Source: Turneriella sp.
GTDB lineage: Bacteria; Spirochaetota; Leptospiria; Turneriellales; Turneriellaceae
Length of the DNA stretch: 64,000 nt
Direction: 5' to 3'
NCBI GenBank assembly: GCA_965279515.1
Contig: CBDIID010000003.1
Coordinates: 640,001-704,000 of the forward strand
The notes beneath the pieces were generated by a model. That model was not told where the DNA came from and ran no database searches. It saw only the letters and a list, made by a program, of their open reading frames with translations. Below are positions 27,650-38,500 of this stretch, one piece after another (positions within the stretch are counted from its first letter, which is position 1; each line of letters opens with the position of its first letter). The position numbers were made by a program, and so were the translations under genes.

Positions 27650-29864
27650 TGTCCCAAATATCCCCAGAGCCATAGAGCAGGCGTACCAGGATTTGCGAAG
27701 GCATAAACTCGTTAGTAAGGTTTCTGCAGTCCAATCGACTGCGCCTGGAATATGGAAGATAGAAATTGAAATCCTGTTAGCACTACCCTCCCGTACAGCA
27801 ACTGCGGGAATTACCGCTACAGGCATAAAATCAACAGAAGTCCTGCAGATGGTATTTACTGCAAAATATCCTCAATGTGCGCCCGAACTCTTTCTACGAA
27901 TAGACTTCCCCGAGAATACAGCGCACATCAATCCTTGGAAGTCCAGTGATGGCCGCCTTTCACCCTGCATTTATGAGGGGCATTTGGAAAACCTTCTATT
28001 ATCTGGCCATGGAATTTCAGCAGTCGTTGACCAGGCTTATACATGGTTTACGAATGCAGCGAATGGGACTCTCATCGACCCCGGACAAGGATGGGAGCCT
28101 GTCCGTCGTGAAACTCAATATGGCCTAGTTACCTACGATGAGGAGGAATTGCGATCTTTCATAATAGACAATTCCGCTGGGGCCTTTTTTACATGTCATT
28201 ATTTACCAACAGTTGAAAGGTTTAAGTTCTCGGGGTACTTCTTGGAGAACGCCAGGTGGCGCAGTTTAGATGATGTTAACTTTGCGGAATTTGATCCCCG
28301 AATACAGGCTGGAAGCTCAGTAAAGAAATGCTTTGGACTTCTATTATGGGGTGGCAAGAAAGCAATATCGTCAAACTATAAACCTGATACGGCAAAGAAG
28401 CTAAGTGATTTGGAAGCCTTTGCAAAAGAATACGGATTTCAGGATAAGTTTACAGCCAAGATTTCGGACCTAATCAAAGCTTCACGGTCAAAACTCCAAG
28501 GTGTAGAGCTTATTACAGTCTTATTGGTTTTAGCGGTTCGCCGGCCATTCAACCTAAATAGTAGCTCGTCAAGCATTGAGCTGCTTAACTATTCCTGCGA
28601 GTTAAAGATCTCCGGGGATGTAGGGGCTCAAGAATCTGCTGTTTCCCCTCTATCGCATCGACATATGAACAGCGCAAATCTTTTTCGACAACTATCCGGC
28701 ACTAAGCTCATTGCTGAGAAAATCCATATCCTAGGATGTGGGAGCGTGGGCTCCAAAATTGCGATGCACTTGGCTCGATCGGGCATCGGTGAGATGACGT
28801 TAATCGATACGGCAGATTTCTCTCCGCACAATAATGCACGGCATGCGCTTTTTGATCCGAGCCTCATAGCGCGAAAGAAAGTGTTTCTATTGCAAGAAGC
28901 CTTGGAAAAAATGAAAGTTAGTTCCAGGCCCTTGGTTAAGGATATTATTTATGATGAAGCCATGTACTCGACAGCCCTGGACAAAGACGACCAGATCATC
29001 CTCATTGATTGCACGGCAAATCTTGCCGTCAGGAGCGCTCTTGCTCACAGAAGCATAGCGCAAAATGTCAGAATTCTTACTTGTGGCTTATACAACAATG
29101 GGACTCTGGGCTATTGCATGATCGAAGGACAAAAAAGGTCGAGCAGGATCGACGATCTTTACGTGAGCCTACTATCTAAAAGTTTAGAAGATGATTCTGT
29201 AGCTGAAGCACTTAGCGACACGACGATCACAAGGCAACCCGTAGGTCAAGGATGCAATTCCTTTACAATGCAAATGTCTGATTCCACGTTATCGATTCAT
29301 ACTGCGCTAATGACGGAATTTATCAGGAAGAAACTAGAGAATGGAATGCCTATGGAAGGGGTAATCTTCTTATCAAAGTTCGATCGCAACACCTTAGCTG
29401 TTCAGTCAGAGGAAATTAATGTTGCCCAGACTACGACCTTAAGTGCTGGGCAATGGTCCATACGCATTCTACCCTCGGTAGTGTTGTCAATGTCAGAAAT
29501 AGCGAAGCAGTATTCACCCAAGGAATTCGGCGGCGTAGTCTTAGGTCGATTGAATTTTGCCGAACGCGTAATCCATGTTACTAACCTACTCGATGCTCCG
29601 CCGGACAGTTCAAACTCAGAAACTGAGTTCATTTTGGGTACCGATGGATTAGAAAAACGTTTGGAGGACACATCGATGAGATCCAATAACCTTATTGCCT
29701 ACTTGGGAACTTGGCATTCTCATCCTGTGGGGGGCGAAGCCTCGGTGCGAGATCATAAAACCCTGAACCGAATTCAAACTCTTCGTGGCGGATTACCTAC
29801 TGTTTGTCTTGTCTGGACCCCTGAAGGAGTATTACCGTTAACAAACTTGGAGAATTGGCAATGA
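27642..29864 (+). CDS. E2-E1(ThiF)-JAB fusion (Cap2/Cap3-like ubiquitin-like conjugation enzyme)
   Basis: E2: HINP...PCIY. E1: GCGSVGS, FSPHNNARH, IDCTAN, GQGC. JAB: EFGG...YLGTWHSHP....S..D. Confidence 0.88.
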   Translation: MVDVPNIPRAIEQAYQDLRRHKLVSKVSAVQSTAPGIWKIEIEILLALPSRTATAGITATGIKSTEVLQMVFTAKYPQCAPELFLRIDFPENTAHINPWKSSDGRLSPCIYEGHLENLLLSGHGISAVVDQAYTWFTNAANGTLIDPGQGWEPVRRETQYGLVTYDEEELRSFIIDNSAGAFFTCHYLPTVERFKFSGYFLENARWRSLDDVNFAEFDPRIQAGSSVKKCFGLLLWGGKKAISSNYKPDTAKKLSDLEAFAKEYGFQDKFTAKISDLIKASRSKLQGVELITVLLVLAVRRPFNLNSSSSSIELLNYSCELKISGDVGAQESAVSPLSHRHMNSANLFRQLSGTKLIAEKIHILGCGSVGSKIAMHLARSGIGEMTLIDTADFSPHNNARHALFDPSLIARKKVFLLQEALEKMKVSSRPLVKDIIYDEAMYSTALDKDDQIILIDCTANLAVRSALAHRSIAQNVRILTCGLYNNGTLGYCMIEGQKRSSRIDDLYVSLLSKSLEDDSVAEALSDTTITRQPVGQGCNSFTMQMSDSTLSIHTALMTEFIRKKLENGMPMEGVIFLSKFDRNTLAVQSEEINVAQTTTLSAGQWSIRILPSVVLSMSEIAKQYSPKEFGGVVLGRLNFAERVIHVTNLLDAPPDSSNSETEFILGTDGLEKRLEDTSMRSNNLIAYLGTWHSHPVGGEASVRDHKTLNRIQTLRGGLPTVCLVWTPEGVLPLTNLENWQ

Positions 29865-30514
29865 AACCTTTTTCAAAGTATGACGTGATAGGCGTTATGA
29901 CGCCCGGCGCGCTTCTCTTGGTGTTGCTGGGTTTTCACACAATAAAGTCCTTTAAAGAAATTTCTGACCTTTCCATCGGAGGTCTCGGCCTGCTTTCAAT
30001 TTTGTGCTTTGTAATTGGGCACATTGTTCAATCAATAGGAAACTTGATAGAGTGGCTTTATTTCAGATTTTTAGGAAAACCTACTATTCAACTTTTAAAG
30101 AAAAGATCCGGGGGGCTCGCCTCCGATCAGATTATCGCTTTAGAAAAACAAATACGCATACGTTACGGATTTAGAAGTTTTAAGATTGAAAAACAAACAA
30201 AGAAAAGCTGGCCCCCCGTCATTCGCCAGATAATTTCAGACGTATCGATTCAATCCACTGCCGAGAGATTAGAATCATTCAATAGCAACTACGGTTTGTT
30301 CCGCGGCCTCTTGGCAGCAGTCCTCATCGCTATTCCCGTGCAGATTACTATGAATGGTTTAAATATTGCTCTTTTAATGACGGACTTCGCTATCGGCGCA
30401 CTGCTGTTCGCAAGAATGCACAGGTTCGCGAAGCATTACGCCTATGAACTTATAATCCAATTCTTACTCTTAAAGAAAACGAACACCAGAGAGGTAAAAC
30501 ATGGAACAAAATAA
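29861..30514 (+). CDS. Multi-pass membrane protein, candidate defence effector
   Basis: About 4 hydrophobic helices; ATGA overlap with the E2-E1-JAB stop codon. Confidence 0.65.
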   Translation: MKPFSKYDVIGVMTPGALLLVLLGFHTIKSFKEISDLSIGGLGLLSILCFVIGHIVQSIGNLIEWLYFRFLGKPTIQLLKKRSGGLASDQIIALEKQIRIRYGFRSFKIEKQTKKSWPPVIRQIISDVSIQSTAERLESFNSNYGLFRGLLAAVLIAIPVQITMNGLNIALLMTDFAIGALLFARMHRFAKHYAYELIIQFLLLKKTNTREVKHGTK

Positions 30515-31010
30515 CCATAACCCAATATTGCCAATATTGGCTGGAGCTGCTATCGGCGCTTTAGCCGCAGATTTTTGGCAAGATCACGTAGACGCAGAAA
30601 ATCGAAAAAGCCGCGCAGAGATTGAATATCCAGAAGCCGTGGAAGGCGTTTTCAGGATTTTAGAGAAAGTAGGTAACCGGATAAGATTGGATACGAGTAT
30701 TACGGATGAAAATACCTATCGAAGGTCGATGGCAATGCAGCTGCGCTTCATAACAAGGTTTGATATAGAAGAAGAACCCAGTCAATTTGGTATGAAGCCG
30801 GATATTCTTCTCGATGGCTTGGTCGCCATCGAATTGAAATTGAATCCATCCAAGACGGAATTAGACCGCCTCGTCGGTCAGTTGGTTGGCTACGCTCGTG
30901 AGTGGGCAACAATAATCTGCCTAATAAATACTCCCCAAAGCGCTGTCCGGAGATTAAGAGGTTTGTTGGAGGATGGTGGGTTGGACCACCTGGAGATCTG
31001 GGAGTACTGA
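30501..31010 (+). CDS. PD-(D/E)xK nuclease-like protein with hydrophobic N-terminal helix
   Basis: PDILLDGLVAIELK...GQL.GY. Confidence 0.6.
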   Translation: MEQNNHNPILPILAGAAIGALAADFWQDHVDAENRKSRAEIEYPEAVEGVFRILEKVGNRIRLDTSITDENTYRRSMAMQLRFITRFDIEEEPSQFGMKPDILLDGLVAIELKLNPSKTELDRLVGQLVGYAREWATIICLINTPQSAVRRLRGLLEDGGLDHLEIWEY

Positions 31011-31088
31011 GCTGGGGGGTCAGAATATCTGCGCAGGGATAGGCTACCTTAGGGTCAATGACCATAGTATCTGAATGAGATTACCTGT

Positions 31089-31667
31089 ATGAAGTCTAAA
31101 CTGAAGACGAATATTCTGGCGGAATGGAAAACTCTGAAGGATTTCATTGAGCATTGGCAAGGAAAGTATCAATACCGAAACGGAATCGAAAACCTCTACC
31201 TGAATAACATTCGGAAACCTTTGACGAAGAAATCTCGGGATGAATTATTTCAGTGGAAAAATGGTGTGAAACTCTCAAAGGACAAGAGGAATTCGGTCGA
31301 AAACAATTATCCGCTCTCTTTCACTGGCTCTATCGAAGACCGCTACTTCGACGAAAATCAAGACGGTGGCGCGATCTGGAATATCTTCTACGCCCACATC
31401 TTACAACCCGATAAGTATCCAATCTTTGATCAACATACCTACCGGGCGATGATTTATTTGCAAAATCTGATACCTTTGAATTTTGATGATTTTGAAGAGC
31501 TGGAAAAAAAGTCCAAACGGGAAATCTATAGAATTTATCAAAAAGATTACATACCATTCTATTCAGGTATTCAATACATAAATCCCGCAGACCAACACAA
31601 CCGGCATAAAGACCAGGCTCTCTTTGCTTTCGGGAAGTTCTTGAAAACGGCATTGAAATATTTATAA
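31089..31667 (+). CDS. Hypothetical protein, possible HhH/OGG-like DNA glycosylase fold
   Basis: QWK...H...P.KYPIFDQH..RA...DQALFAFG pattern. Confidence 0.45.
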   Translation: MKSKLKTNILAEWKTLKDFIEHWQGKYQYRNGIENLYLNNIRKPLTKKSRDELFQWKNGVKLSKDKRNSVENNYPLSFTGSIEDRYFDENQDGGAIWNIFYAHILQPDKYPIFDQHTYRAMIYLQNLIPLNFDDFEELEKKSKREIYRIYQKDYIPFYSGIQYINPADQHNRHKDQALFAFGKFLKTALKYL

Positions 31668-31674
31668 TATCCCA

Positions 31675-32244
31675 ATGGAACCAGTCATCTCATTGCCATT
31701 TACTGAATATTCGGTCGCGAACCACCTGAGCCAACACTTCAAAACTAAGGATGGTTATTCTGTATTTGCGCCGTTATCCCGTCAGGAGAAAGGTATTGAT
31801 TTGATACTCAGCAAGCGTACAGCTCGCAGGTCAAGCACGCTCACGATCCAGATCAAGGCATCCAGAACCTATTCGCCGAAACCAGCCAAACGAATCGATA
31901 CGAAGCGATTCTCGTTCCATACTTGGTTCAACCGATTTGAAGTCCCCAGCCAAGCGGATATTTTTGCATTGATCGGACTTTACCCTCCCGAGAACGACCG
32001 GACAAAGAAGTTGAATACTTGGTGGGATGCGGTAATACTTGTTTTCACTTACAAAGAGATGATGCGATTTATGGATTCCGTCAAAACTGTTGGCGGCCAC
32101 GCGGATAAGATGTTTGGGTTTGGATTTGATAACAAGAAAGCTATTTTTCAGACGCGTGGCGATCAGCGTCGCCGGACCAAAGATTATTCTGATTTTCTTT
32201 TAGAAAATCGTATCGATTTGATCGCACGTCATTTCAAGAAATAG
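31675..32244 (+). CDS. Restriction-endonuclease-like PD-(D/E)xK protein
   Basis: E...GIDLIL...IQIKASR. Confidence 0.6.
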   Translation: MEPVISLPFTEYSVANHLSQHFKTKDGYSVFAPLSRQEKGIDLILSKRTARRSSTLTIQIKASRTYSPKPAKRIDTKRFSFHTWFNRFEVPSQADIFALIGLYPPENDRTKKLNTWWDAVILVFTYKEMMRFMDSVKTVGGHADKMFGFGFDNKKAIFQTRGDQRRRTKDYSDFLLENRIDLIARHFKK

Positions 32245-32252
32245 CCTGATTT

Positions 32253-35024
32253 TCAAGCCCTCTCAATCTCCACATAGCCCACCAATTTGGCGGTGTAGCT
32301 ACCATTTTCTGATACAACTTTCTTGTGTTCAAGCTCTCTCTGCAATGCTGGCTCCACTTGCTTTTCAAGAATCACGGTTCGTGCGCTCATGGTTAGGGTA
32401 TTTGATGCAGGTAAGGCATTAAATAGCTCCTCTGAGTGTTTTTCGATCGAAGGAACTCTGGCCCCAGAACGGCTGAAAGCGATTGGCTGAAGTACCGTGC
32501 GTCTGCCGCCTCCGATTTCTGCAGCTTCGACAAGCCATAGCGTGAGGACGCTCGGTTGCTCCACCGGCGATGATACGATGATCCCCAGTTCTTCAGGAGG
32601 CAAATTGCGCCATCGTTCAAGCTCAGCGGCCACAAGCGGGTGATCCAACCCGAGCAAGGCCAATTCATCCTGAGCGGCAGCTTTGTCCCGATCGAGACTG
32701 ATACGCATTGATTTGGAACCGGTAGCCGATATTAGGTCATAAGTCGTATTATCTATTTTAACGAGACTCTGATTGCGATCTGCCAGAGAGGCCGAAAGAA
32801 ATTTCAGCAACCGATCGATGCTCGATGAAATATCTGAAAATGGTTTGTAATCATCGAGACTGAACCCTTCAAGATCTTGAAACAAATCAAATACTACCTG
32901 ACGAGCTTCGCGCGAATTCGATAAGGCCGCTTCGAGTTCAACTTGCGTGCGTTTGAGTTCGGGGTCAGATAGAGCTTCCTGATATAAGCGATCGTAGTTC
33001 AGGCGCTCAGAAAGCTGTCCGAGAATCTGGGCCCGAAGATCTTCTGCTACATTACCCTGGTCGTCAACCTTGCCGACTGTTCTGGCGATTTCTGTCAGCT
33101 TTTCATCTAATAACAGAAAGATGCGACCCTCAATGGTATCGCCCAAAACAAGGTTGTACACTTGCGCCGTGTGTTCCTGGCCATAGCGATGAATTCGGCC
33201 AATGCGCTGTTCGATATCCATCGGATTCCATGGCAAATCGAAGTTGAATAGGATGCGTGCGAATTGGAGGTTAATACCCTCTCGGCCAGCTGCCGTGCAG
33301 ACCATGACTCGAGGGCCTTCTTTCTGCCGAAATTTCCTCTCGGCAGCAAGCTTGGCACCATGATCGCCACCACGCAGAACAACGACACCCTGATTGGGAA
33401 ACGTCTGGTTGATTTCACGCGCAATCATATCAACTGTGCCCAGATAGGTGGCGAAGATCACGATCTTTTCTGATGAGTTTTGTTTCCAGAGTGTACCCAA
33501 GCCATCTAAAAGCTTTTGGGCCTTAGTCTCGCGCTCAGAGGGAAAAAGGTTGAGAAGTTCGGTAATGCGCGCCCTCTCTTCGGGCAGATGCAGAGCCACT
33601 ACTGCCGAGGCTGCATCTTCAGCATGAGCGGCACTGTATTCGCTTCCGTAAGGATCTGAAGCCATCTCCAGGGCTTCTTCATCAAGCCGGCGCATGAGCC
33701 GATAACGCAAGTCCGCAACAATGCGATCTACCTCGAGTCGCCCCATGCTGTCGCGCTCCAATGCAAATTGATCGTAGATAAGATTTCTGGCCTCTTCGGT
33801 CAAACGCTCACGACCTTCGATATCAAGATTCTCATCTCTCAGAAGCGCCTCGTGTAAGGTCAGCATCAACAGCCGTTTCTTAAGGGTGCGCTGTACCGCT
33901 GCAAAGCTGGATGCGGCAATCTTCTGGAATATGGCCATCAAGAACCCGAGGGCGCGACCCTGGTTTCCATTTCTGCGCGCAAGATCGAAACCGTCTTCGA
34001 GGTACTCACGTAATTTCTCGTAAAAATTTCGTTCTTCATCATTCATGGTAAATGATTCGGTATGCACCCAGCGACGTGCAAACAATGGACTGCCATCGGG
34101 TTGACACGAATCAGCTTTGGTGCGACGAAACATGACGGTATTCAGCCGGTGCCGGTTCTCGACCATATCTTCAGGATTATTAAATAGTGTTGGATTCAAT
34201 AATTGAATGAGCATCCAAAACTGAAAGTGGTTACCCTGATGCGGCGTTGCAGACAGAAGCAGCAAATCACGGGTATGATCTTTTAACGCTTCAGCGAGTT
34301 TGTAGTTCTCAGTTTTTCTGACCTTGCCTCCGAGGCGATAGGCATTCAAGTGATGTGCCTCATCAAAGACCACAAGATCCCATCGTGGTGCTTCGAGTAA
34401 ACGGCGAATCCGTGCCGGTCGCTTTAGCGTGTCAACGCTCGCGATAAGGCGATCGTGCTTGGCGAAGGCATTGGTCTTGCGGTCGGTAATATCTCCTTCA
34501 GAACCAAAGACTTCAAAGTCGAGATTAAATACTTCGTTGAGTTCGCGGTGCCAGTTATTGACGAGACCTGCGGGTACAACCATCAACGCCCGATTCAGCT
34601 CACCACGACTCGCGAGTTCGCGCAATATCAGGGCGGTCTCGATCGTTTTTCCCAGACCCACTTCATCGGCGATGAGATAGCGCCGGGGTGAGGCGGTGGC
34701 AATGCGATGGGTAAGTACCACCTGATGGGGTAGCAGGTCAATTTTGGCAGAGGTCAGGGCTGATGCGCTTTCCATAATTGGAAGCGCATGCGCTTCATAC
34801 GCCAACCATGCTTTACGGGCTCGCTCTGTGCCACCCGCCACAGAGCCCAGAATGCGCTCTGTGCGTGAGAGCTCACGGCGAATCGAACCAACCGGGACAC
34901 GATGTTCTCCGGTGCTAAAGAAAACGCGCGCATAACCATCGCGCGCAGCTTCAACAATTACGCCCTGGCCGTATTGGGCATGGGTAACCCGTTCGCCCGG
35001 AGAAAAAATCTGCATCTCAGGCAT
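32253..35024 (-). CDS. SNF2-family helicase of a BREX-related (DUF499) system
   Basis: LLPHQ, ADEVGLGKT, DEAH, SATPHQG, EGINLQ, EQRIGRIHRYGQ. Confidence 0.92.
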   Translation of the reverse strand: MPEMQIFSPGERVTHAQYGQGVIVEAARDGYARVFFSTGEHRVPVGSIRRELSRTERILGSVAGGTERARKAWLAYEAHALPIMESASALTSAKIDLLPHQVVLTHRIATASPRRYLIADEVGLGKTIETALILRELASRGELNRALMVVPAGLVNNWHRELNEVFNLDFEVFGSEGDITDRKTNAFAKHDRLIASVDTLKRPARIRRLLEAPRWDLVVFDEAHHLNAYRLGGKVRKTENYKLAEALKDHTRDLLLLSATPHQGNHFQFWMLIQLLNPTLFNNPEDMVENRHRLNTVMFRRTKADSCQPDGSPLFARRWVHTESFTMNDEERNFYEKLREYLEDGFDLARRNGNQGRALGFLMAIFQKIAASSFAAVQRTLKKRLLMLTLHEALLRDENLDIEGRERLTEEARNLIYDQFALERDSMGRLEVDRIVADLRYRLMRRLDEEALEMASDPYGSEYSAAHAEDAASAVVALHLPEERARITELLNLFPSERETKAQKLLDGLGTLWKQNSSEKIVIFATYLGTVDMIAREINQTFPNQGVVVLRGGDHGAKLAAERKFRQKEGPRVMVCTAAGREGINLQFARILFNFDLPWNPMDIEQRIGRIHRYGQEHTAQVYNLVLGDTIEGRIFLLLDEKLTEIARTVGKVDDQGNVAEDLRAQILGQLSERLNYDRLYQEALSDPELKRTQVELEAALSNSREARQVVFDLFQDLEGFSLDDYKPFSDISSSIDRLLKFLSASLADRNQSLVKIDNTTYDLISATGSKSMRISLDRDKAAAQDELALLGLDHPLVAAELERWRNLPPEELGIIVSSPVEQPSVLTLWLVEAAEIGGGRRTVLQPIAFSRSGARVPSIEKHSEELFNALPASNTLTMSARTVILEKQVEPALQRELEHKKVVSENGSYTAKLVGYVEIERA

Positions 35025-35545
35025 TAAGAAATCCTTGGATGGTGGAGACCGATCCAGGCCGGGCCATCTGGATCAGTATTGACAGCGGTTAGATCGATAA
35101 TACGCGCTGCGTCGGCAGCCGCGCCAGCCCAGAGAATACGTCCGATTTCAATGCGGCGACTCCCGTGCGGTGCTGCACAGATCCATGAATATGCATCTGA
35201 GGCGCTGTTCATTTTCACACGATTCTTGCCAGTAGGCAACCAGAAGATCAAGGCGGCCTCAAGTCCGAATTCATTTTGAAAAGCGAGCATCGCCGGCAAG
35301 AGATCGGCCTTCAGCCACTCTTCAGCAAACGAAGGATCAATCAGATCGAGACAGCCTTCAAGGCCTGCGACGACAAGTGCGTTGCCGGCGTTACCCGGCA
35401 GATTTTCAGGCCAGTGGCCGACCATGGCCAAAAACTGGCGGATTGACATTACATTTTGTGGCGCGGAAACATTGGCCAACGCTTCAGGCCCCCAAAGCAA
35501 GCTGATACCGCGCCGCTGCCAAATGCCGTCTTTGAGTAGTTTCAC
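35024..35545 (-). CDS. Hypothetical protein in the DUF499 operon
   Basis: Start and stop overlap both neighbouring genes. Confidence 0.65.
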   Translation of the reverse strand: MKLLKDGIWQRRGISLLWGPEALANVSAPQNVMSIRQFLAMVGHWPENLPGNAGNALVVAGLEGCLDLIDPSFAEEWLKADLLPAMLAFQNEFGLEAALIFWLPTGKNRVKMNSASDAYSWICAAPHGSRRIEIGRILWAGAAADAARIIDLTAVNTDPDGPAWIGLHHPRIS

Positions 35546-38500
35546 TGCGATGCCTCTTCAAAGAATAGTGCCATTTGCTGCACCTCTTTCTGGTGCTGCT
35601 GGGCCCAGCTGTTGTAAATTGCCAGCGCCCGATCAGCGGCATTGCGAATGCTTGCTTCGACGCCGTGCTTCACAAACCAGTCGAGCAGCGTTCTCAGCGC
35701 AGCATGTGGTTTAAAATTCTGGTTCTTAAGAGTGTCAGCCGCATTGATGCCACTGCCGTCATAACAGGCGCCAATCAACACCAGCGCCTGATCGAGATCA
35801 GAGGTTAATTTATGCTTGTGGCGCCCATGCCAGTCTTGCGCAAATGTCAGCGGGCTAACGAACGAAAAGATTTTATCGGCCTCGCTGCACCAACCCCTCT
35901 GTTCAAATTCGTCGGGAGCAATACCCGAACCACGCAAAAACTTCTGCATCTGGTCACGCGCGACTTCATGTTTGCCAGCAAAAATACGCAAGAACTGCCG
36001 CGTGATGGGTTCGGCATTGACGGGCGGCAAATTATCTGCTTTGCCTGAATCCTCGTCAATCAGTAGATTGATACCGACCAACGCTTCTTTGACGCTGATC
36101 GCGCGATCTTCGTCGACGAGTACCTTGCCGTAATGGCGTGAGAAGTATTCGAGCGCCTTACCGCGGCGAATCACCTGCAAATCGGCTGCGGGTAGACCTT
36201 CTTTTGCATGGTTTTCGAGCAACGACTGTAGCTGTCGTACGTCGGCCAAAACCTCGCGCCGCATGCGCGCCCAGCTGACTGGAGTTGGCTCTTCGGAGCG
36301 TTTACGACAGACGTGTATAATGTCGTATTCGATTGTCTTAGAACCGAATTCGCCTTCGCCCTTTGTCTCATCTGAGCGGATCGGATAAGTTGCTTCAAGA
36401 TAAAAGCCAGCATCAAATAAACTTTCCAGAACAGAAACCCACGGGTCGTCTTCGCTGTGATGGAAAGTAAAAGCCAGAATACCGCCCGGTTTGAGAATAC
36501 GGTGAGATTCTCGCCAGCATTGAGTTAATACTCTCTGATAGAAAACCGCAGCATTATCGGGTTCTCTTGCATGATTCTCGACTGCCTCAAGGGCTTTTGG
36601 AGAATATTCGGCTACAAAATAATCTGGGTACTTTTGTTTCAAAGCAAGCCGCAACCAGACATAAAAGAAATCCGAGAGCTCAGAGTAATGCAGCAAACCA
36701 CCAAATGGCGGGTCGGTAATCACCAAATCAAATTCGCCGACAGATATTTGATTTAGATCTGTCGAAGAAGCGGCGTAGAGTTTAGCATCCAATACCGGAT
36801 CTCCCGGCCTAACTTTCTCACTCTTGCCTGAAACCTCAGCAGCCAGCGAGGAATTATGTTTTTTCAGAGTCTCAACGCTTACGGCTTCCCACGGCGATTT
36901 TGTCCAATCGAAACCTTCAATTATACCTTCAGTCGACGAAACCCAATTTCCTCGGCCGAGATCCGGGAATAAGCAGTTCTCAATCACAGTTGATTTTGGG
37001 TGAAAATTATTCTGGGAAAAAAATGGTTCTGGCGTATCTCTTTGTGGATTCCAAATACTAAACATGCATTGATTACGCAAGTATTGCTGAAATGCGCCCA
37101 ACACATATTCGCGCACATCCCACGAATAACTACCAACAGAAACTGTAGCTTCCAACAATTGGGTATGAACCAACAGCTGGCGTGGATTGAACAATGTCCA
37201 CCAATGGGTATATCCCTGCTGATCCAGTCTGTTACGCTGGTGAGTCATGTGGCCGAAAGGAATTTCGCTCATAGGCCAGTATTTTTTCAGATCTGTATGC
37301 TTGCGTTGCTCCCATTCTACACATGCGGCATTATAAGAATCCGCGATCTTCTCGCTAAATGGTGCAAAAAACCGACCATCGTACGACGCGCCAGCAGCCT
37401 TTCTTTTGGGTGCGAAGCCCTGGATGGCGTACCCAGCCATAGGTCCGGTCTTTCCAGTGGCTTCGATTGTCAGTGGAATCGATTGCATCGTACCACATGC
37501 GCCGCAGGTATATGTCGATTTCTTTGGCACAGTTCCGACATTAGTCTTAAACTTAATTTTCGTTTCGGGACAAATAACCTCCTTTGGCAATTCACCGCGC
37601 ACCTCAAGCAATCGAACCTTACTCGCCCGCTCCAGATTCCAGCGTGCTGTCGATTCAGCGTCATCCTGTGCCGAGCCACCATACGGCTTGCCGTCTGCAT
37701 CATTTTTCGGACTGCCAGCCAGCCATTGTGGATGCACAAGAAGAGTTAACTCAACTTTTTTCGATTTCCCATCACGGACACTGACAAGCTCTTCATGCCT
37801 ACAATGCGGGCATTTGCTCACACCCGTAGTGTCCCGCACAGCAAATGGATCTTCGCTGTCAGCCACGACGAGCGGCACGTCAGGCGCCATGCGAGCGGCC
37901 TTATCTTCAACGTGAAATTTCTTTTTGCATTTCGGGCACTTGTGCTCACTGTATTTGATGCTCAGACTTTTTACAGCCATCACAGGACTCGGCATGATCG
38001 GTGTACGATGCCCACAGCCGGTTACCTGACAGGGGCCGTGTTTACCCCAAAATGTATAAATGATTTCGGGGCCCTGATAGTCGAAGAATTTGCGCTCATC
38101 CCAGGGAATTGTCAACGGATCAAAATCCGTCCCCTTGACTTTACCTGTACGCTTATCGGTCCATTTACCTTTTTCACCATTCGGGCCATCGCAGTAATAA
38201 TAAGGCATGATCTGCGGTTTGACTTCCGCTTCGATATCGGCGAGCAGCCCTTTGACTTCGTCGAGGTCAACCTTCGCAAATTCCTGTTTTACTACGAACC
38301 ATGCCACCGGGTTCAAATCGTTGCCCGTCATCTGCATGCCGAGGCGTGAGCCTTCAACCAGCGTAGTACCCCCGCCCATGAAGATATCGGCGACCTTTAG
38401 ATTTTTGAAAGCTCCCTTCTTTTGATGGTTGGCGTAATAATTATCCCAAACAAGCTTTGCCGCCTTCGCGGGGTCATCTGGGGCCTTAGTGGCGGCTGCA

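Noticed and set aside
26465..29864. CBASS or Pycsar call
   Set aside because: No CD-NTase or cyclase motif is present; the partner gene is an MBL hydrolase.
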